Below are positions 59,653 to 64,000 of a stretch of 64,000 nucleotides of DNA, piece by piece. The translations under genes were made by a program, and so were the position numbers. Every line of letters begins with the position of its first letter. The stretch's first letter is position 1. The notes beneath the pieces were generated by a model. The model was not told the DNA's origin. It made no database searches and worked only from the letters and a program-made list of their open reading frames with translations. The DNA is from the human T2T-CHM13v2.0 reference genome, Homo sapiens. The stretch lies in NCBI RefSeq assembly GCF_009914755.1, contig NC_060947.1. One strand, given 5' to 3'.

Positions 59653-60228
59653 TGTGATGATTAATTTTAGGTGTCAACTTGACTGGATTAAGAGATTACC
59701 CAGATAGCTGGTAAAGCATTATTCCGGAGTATGTCTATGAGGGTGTTTCCAAAAGAGACTGTCATTTGAATCAGTGGAATGAATACGAAAGACCCACCCT
59801 CACCCAATATTGGTGAGCACTGCCAAATCGGCTGAGGGCACAGACAGAAGAAAAGTCAGAAGAAAGGTAAATCTATATGTACTCTCTGTCTTCTGGAGTT
59901 GGGACACCCTTCTTCTCCTGCCCTTGGATATCAGCAATCCAGGTTCTTTGGCCCTTGGACATCAGCAATCCAGGTTCTTTGGCCCTTGGACTCTGGGACC
60001 TATACTAGTCTTCTCAGGCCTTAGGCCTCAGACTGAGAGTTAACACCATTAGCTTCCCTGGCTCTGAGGGCTTTGGACTTGGACTGAGCCACCCTACCAG
60101 CTTCCCTGGTTCTCCAGCTTGCAGACAGAACATCACAGGAATCCTCAGCCTCGATAATTGCATAAGCCAATTCCCCTAATAAATCCCTTCTCATATGTAT
60201 GTGTGCATGTGTATGGGTATATGAGAGG

Positions 60229-60259
<31 letters not shown>

Positions 60260-60300
60260 TGTGTGTACAGACACACACATAGAGAACCCTGACTAATACA
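59653..60300 (+). mobile_element. MLT2B-like ERVL solo LTR with internal (TG)n
   Basis: TGTGATGATTAATTTTAGGTGTCAACTTGACTGG start, GAGAACCCTGACTAATACA end. Confidence 0.88.
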
Positions 60301-60331
60301 TCCTTCATATTCTGATCAAAATACACCTTTT

Positions 60332-62130
60332 CTTATTGCTGGTGTTTTTTTTTTAATTATACTTTAAGTTCTGGGATACATGTGCAGCACGTGCAGGTTT
60401 GTTACATAGGTATACATGTGCCATGGTGGATTGCTGCACCCATCAACCCGTCATCTACATCAGATATTTCTCCTAATGCTATCCCTCCCCTAGCACCCCA
60501 CCCCCCAACAGGCCACAGTGTGTGATGTTCCCATCCCTGTGTCCATGTGTTCTCATTGTTCAACTCCCACTTATGACTGAGAACATGCAGTGTTTGGTTT
60601 TCTGTGTTAGTTTGCTGAGAATGATGGTTTCCAGCTTCATCCATGTCCCTGCAAAGGACATGAACTCATCCTTTTTTATGGCTGTATAGTATCCCATGGT
60701 GTATATGTGCCACATTTTCTTTATCCAGTCTATCATTGATGGGCATTGGAGTGGTTCCAAGTCTTTGCTATTGTTAACAGTGCTGCAATAAACATACATG
60801 TGCATGTGTCTTTATGGTAGAATAATTTATAATCCTTTGGGTACATACCCAGTAATGGGATGGCTGGGTCAAATGGTATTTGTAGTTCTAGATGCTTGAG
60901 GAATTGCCACACTGTCTACCACAATGGTTGAACTAGTTTACACTCCCACCAACAGTGTAAAAGCATTCCTATTTCTCCACATCCTCTCCAGCCTCTGTTG
61001 TTTCCTGACTTTTTAATGATAACCATTCTATCTGGTGTGAGATGGTATCTCACTATAGTTTTGATTTGCATTTCTCTAATGACCAGTGATGATGAGCTTT
61101 TCTTCATATGTTTGTTGGCTGCATAAATATCTTCTTTTGAGAAGTGTCTGTTCATATCCTTCATCCACTTTTTTATGGGGATGTTTGGTTTTTTTCTTGT
61201 AAATTTGTTTAAGTTCTTTGTTGATTCTGGATATTAGCCCTTTGTTAGATGGATAGATTGCAAAAATTTTCTCCCATTCTGTACATTGCCTGTTCACTCT
61301 GATGACAGTTTCTTTTGCTGTGCAGAAGCTCTTTAGTTTAATTAGATCCCATTTGTCAATTTTGACTTTTGTTGCTAATGCTTTTGGTGTTTTACTCATG
61401 AAGACTTTGTCCATGCCTATGTCCTAAATGGTATTGCCTAGGTTTTCTTCTAGGGTTTTTATGGTTTTAGGTCTTACGTTTAAGTCTTTAATCCATCTTG
61501 AGTTATTTTTTGTATAAGGTGTAAGGAAGGGATTCAGTTTCAGCTTTCTGCATGTGGCTAGCCAGTTTTCCCAACACCATTTATTAAATAGGGAATCCTT
61601 TCCACATTGCTTGTTTTTGTCAGTTTTGTCAAAGATTGCATGGTTGTAGATATGTGGTGTTATTTCTGAGGCCTCTGTTCTGTTCCACTGGTCTATATAT
61701 CTGTTTTGGTACCAGTACCATGCTGTTTTGGTTACTGTAGCCTTGTAATATAGTTTGAGGTCAGGTAGCGTGATGCCTCCAGCTTCATTCTTCTCGTCCA
61801 GCATTGTCTTGGCTATGCCGGCTCTTTTTTGGTTCCATATGAAATTTAAAGTAGTTTTTCTAATTCTGTGAAGAAATTCAATGGTAGCTTGATGGGGATA
61901 GCATTGAATCTATAAATTACATTGGGCAGTATGGCCATTTTCACGATATTGATTCTTCCTATCCATGAGCATGGAATGTTTTTTCCATTTGTTTGTGTCC
62001 TCTTTTATTTCCTTGAGCAGTGGTTTGTAGTTCTCCTTGAACAGGTCCTTCATATCCCTTGTAAGTTTTATTCCTAGGTATTTTATTCTCTTTGTAGCAA
62101 CTGTGAATGGGAGTTCACTTATGATTTATA
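60332..62130 (-). mobile_element. 5'-truncated L1PA7-like element
   Basis: ORF2 C-terminal fragments on the minus strand; TSD TGATCAAAATA(C/T)ACCTTTT at 60313-60331 / 62131-62149. Confidence 0.92.
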
Positions 62131-62972
62131 TGATCAAAATATACCTTTTAAAACTTCAGTTTCTCAACACAGATTGAAAAGACTATTTAAATCTGTCACA
62201 TCATTGTTGCTGATGGGTCTTGCCATAAAATTTTCTCTTCAAATTCCCTGACAAGTTTATCCTATGGTAATATCATACACAACAGGTCCAGTGCATTATG
62301 ATACTTTATGTAAAGATGCTCCAGATCAAGACCTGCCCATAAGGCTGTGGATGGTAGAGTGGAAGAAATAAGAGCCCCATCCCTATCATAAAAACAGTCT
62401 GACAGAATATGACTTAAGTTGTATGTAAGAGGTTGTGAAAACCACAAGCTATAGCCCAACATATAGCATAAAGAATACAAGTATTTTCATTCCCATCCTG
62501 GGGGATCAGCAGGCATTAACTATAAGGGAACAGTAAGAATAATACTCAGGATGGAATATTTCACTTTATACAACATCTCATCAAAGTGTACCAAATTTGG
62601 ACCCAAATCACCACATACTAGGCATGTTTCTTGCTCTCAGTTGAACTCAAAGTATACTAAGTTGAGGCTAGAAGCAAAAGACAGACATTTGAGGCCTGCT
62701 GAGAATTAAGCCAGCCCTTTATTGGAAACATAGAAATAAGAAGGCATACAGCAAAGGGAAAAGGTACACTTATTAGTATAAACCATTTTCTTCTCCCTAA
62801 TCTGTGCCCCAGAAAAGGATAGTTTATAAAAGAGCTTAGAGATAAAAAAAATTTATTATAGACAAAATATCACAGCTTGTATAAGAAAGAAGAGTTAGAA
62901 CTTGACTTACCAATTCCAAGACTAGTAAGTCAGTTAAGGGAGAGGATTTCACTAATACCTCAAGTCTAGAAA

Positions 62973-63014
62973 TATATGTATGGTGGGTGTGTGTGTATGT
63001 GTGGGTGTATATAC

Positions 63015-63045
<31 letters not shown>

Positions 63046-63064
63046 TTGATTGATTGATTGATTG
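62973..63064. repeat. Compound microsatellite (TG)n(TA)n(GA)n(GATT)n
   Basis: Read directly from the sequence. Confidence 0.9.
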
Positions 63065-63162
63065 TCTGGCAAAACTGCAGTGGAAATACCTGATTGTACA
63101 TGAGCTAGCATATATGGATGAGGAAAGGTATTTCAGAAGGGTGTTATCATGGCCAGAATGCT

Positions 63163-63316
63163 CACTACGGTTTGAATATGTACCCCAAAGTTTGTTTGTT
63201 GGAAACTTGGTCTCTAATTCAGGGATGTTTTGGTCATGAGGGCACCACCCTCACAAATGGATTAATGCCACAGGAGCAGACTCATTATTGTATTCTGTTA
63301 CAGCAACATAAAGACA
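63163..63316 (+). mobile_element. Internally deleted MST LTR relic
   Basis: GGTTTGAATATGTACCCCAAAG...ATGGATTAATGCC joined to GTATTCTGTTACAGCA. Confidence 0.55.
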
Positions 63317-63564
63317 ATGCTCTATGTTTCTGAGATTAATAGAGATAGCGGTTAGAATGAAAGAAAATGTATTGTTGTGATACACTTGTATCCAATCATA
63401 ACTGTTTGATAATTCATTTGCCAGTAGAGTTTAGAGTATGAGAAAATGGTATCAGATTTTTTCAGCACAGGAGAAAACTAATAAGGGTCAATTGACCAAG
63501 GGCAATAAACATTTTCCACTTATATCCAATACACCCCAGAGGAATTTTGTATGGAGTGGGAGTT

Positions 63565-64000
63565 TGTATTAGTTTCCTAGGGTTGTCATAACAAATTATA
63601 ATTTTTGGCTTAAAACAAGAAATTATTCTCTCATAGTTCTGGAGGCCAGAATTCCGAAATCAAGATGTTAGCAGGGATGGTTCCTGCCGGAAGCGCTGAG
63701 AGAGAATCAATTCCATGCCTCTGTCCTAGCTTTTGGTTACTATTGGCATTTCTTGGCTTATGGTGGCATCACCTCGATTTCTGTATCTGTCTTCACATAG
63801 CTTTTAGTTCTGTCTCTCTGTATCTCAAATCTCTTTTTCTCTCCCATAAGGACACTAGTCATTGGACTTTGGGACCCTCCTAAATCCAGGATGATCTCAG
63901 CTCAAGATTCTTAAATTAATTACATCTGCAAAGACCCTATTTCCAAATAAGGTCACATTTACAGGTACTAGGGGCTAGGTCTTGGACATATATTTTGGGG
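63565..64000 (-). mobile_element. MLT1C-like MaLR LTR (runs off the window end)
   Basis: TGTATTAGTTTCCTAGGG...ATAGTTCTGGAGGCCAGAA...ACATCTGCAAAGACCCTATTTCCAAATAAGGTCAC. Confidence 0.85.

Overview
Primate, almost certainly human, non-coding genomic DNA (an AluYa5 with all five diagnostic changes is present). I recognise no protein-coding host gene or RNA gene; the long ORFs in the track are decayed LINE-1 ORF1/ORF2, Alu or Tigger1 fragments. Positions 1-16810 are a same-strand nested stack of LINE-1s. An old L1PA15/16-like host is split by (i) a full-length L1PA3-like element carrying a ~480-bp 3' transduction and (ii) an L1PA10-like element whose insertion coincides with loss of ~2 kb of the host. 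The L1PA10-like element in turn contains a twin-primed (5'-inverted) L1PA7-like insertion and an AluY. The remaining 47 kb is AT-rich unique sequence with MIR/L2 relics, Alus, a near full-length Tigger1, solo LTRs (LTR18A, MER11, MST, MLT1, MLT2), truncated minus-strand L1s and microsatellites. The least explained signal is an 81-bp, 75/81-identical inverted repeat of apparently unique sequence (25158-25238 / 26220-26300) bracketing an LTR18A solo LTR with intact bZIP motifs. I see no evidence for a novel multi-gene system. Subfamily names come from recalled consensus motifs, not from a RepeatMasker run, and boundaries of old repeats are approximate.
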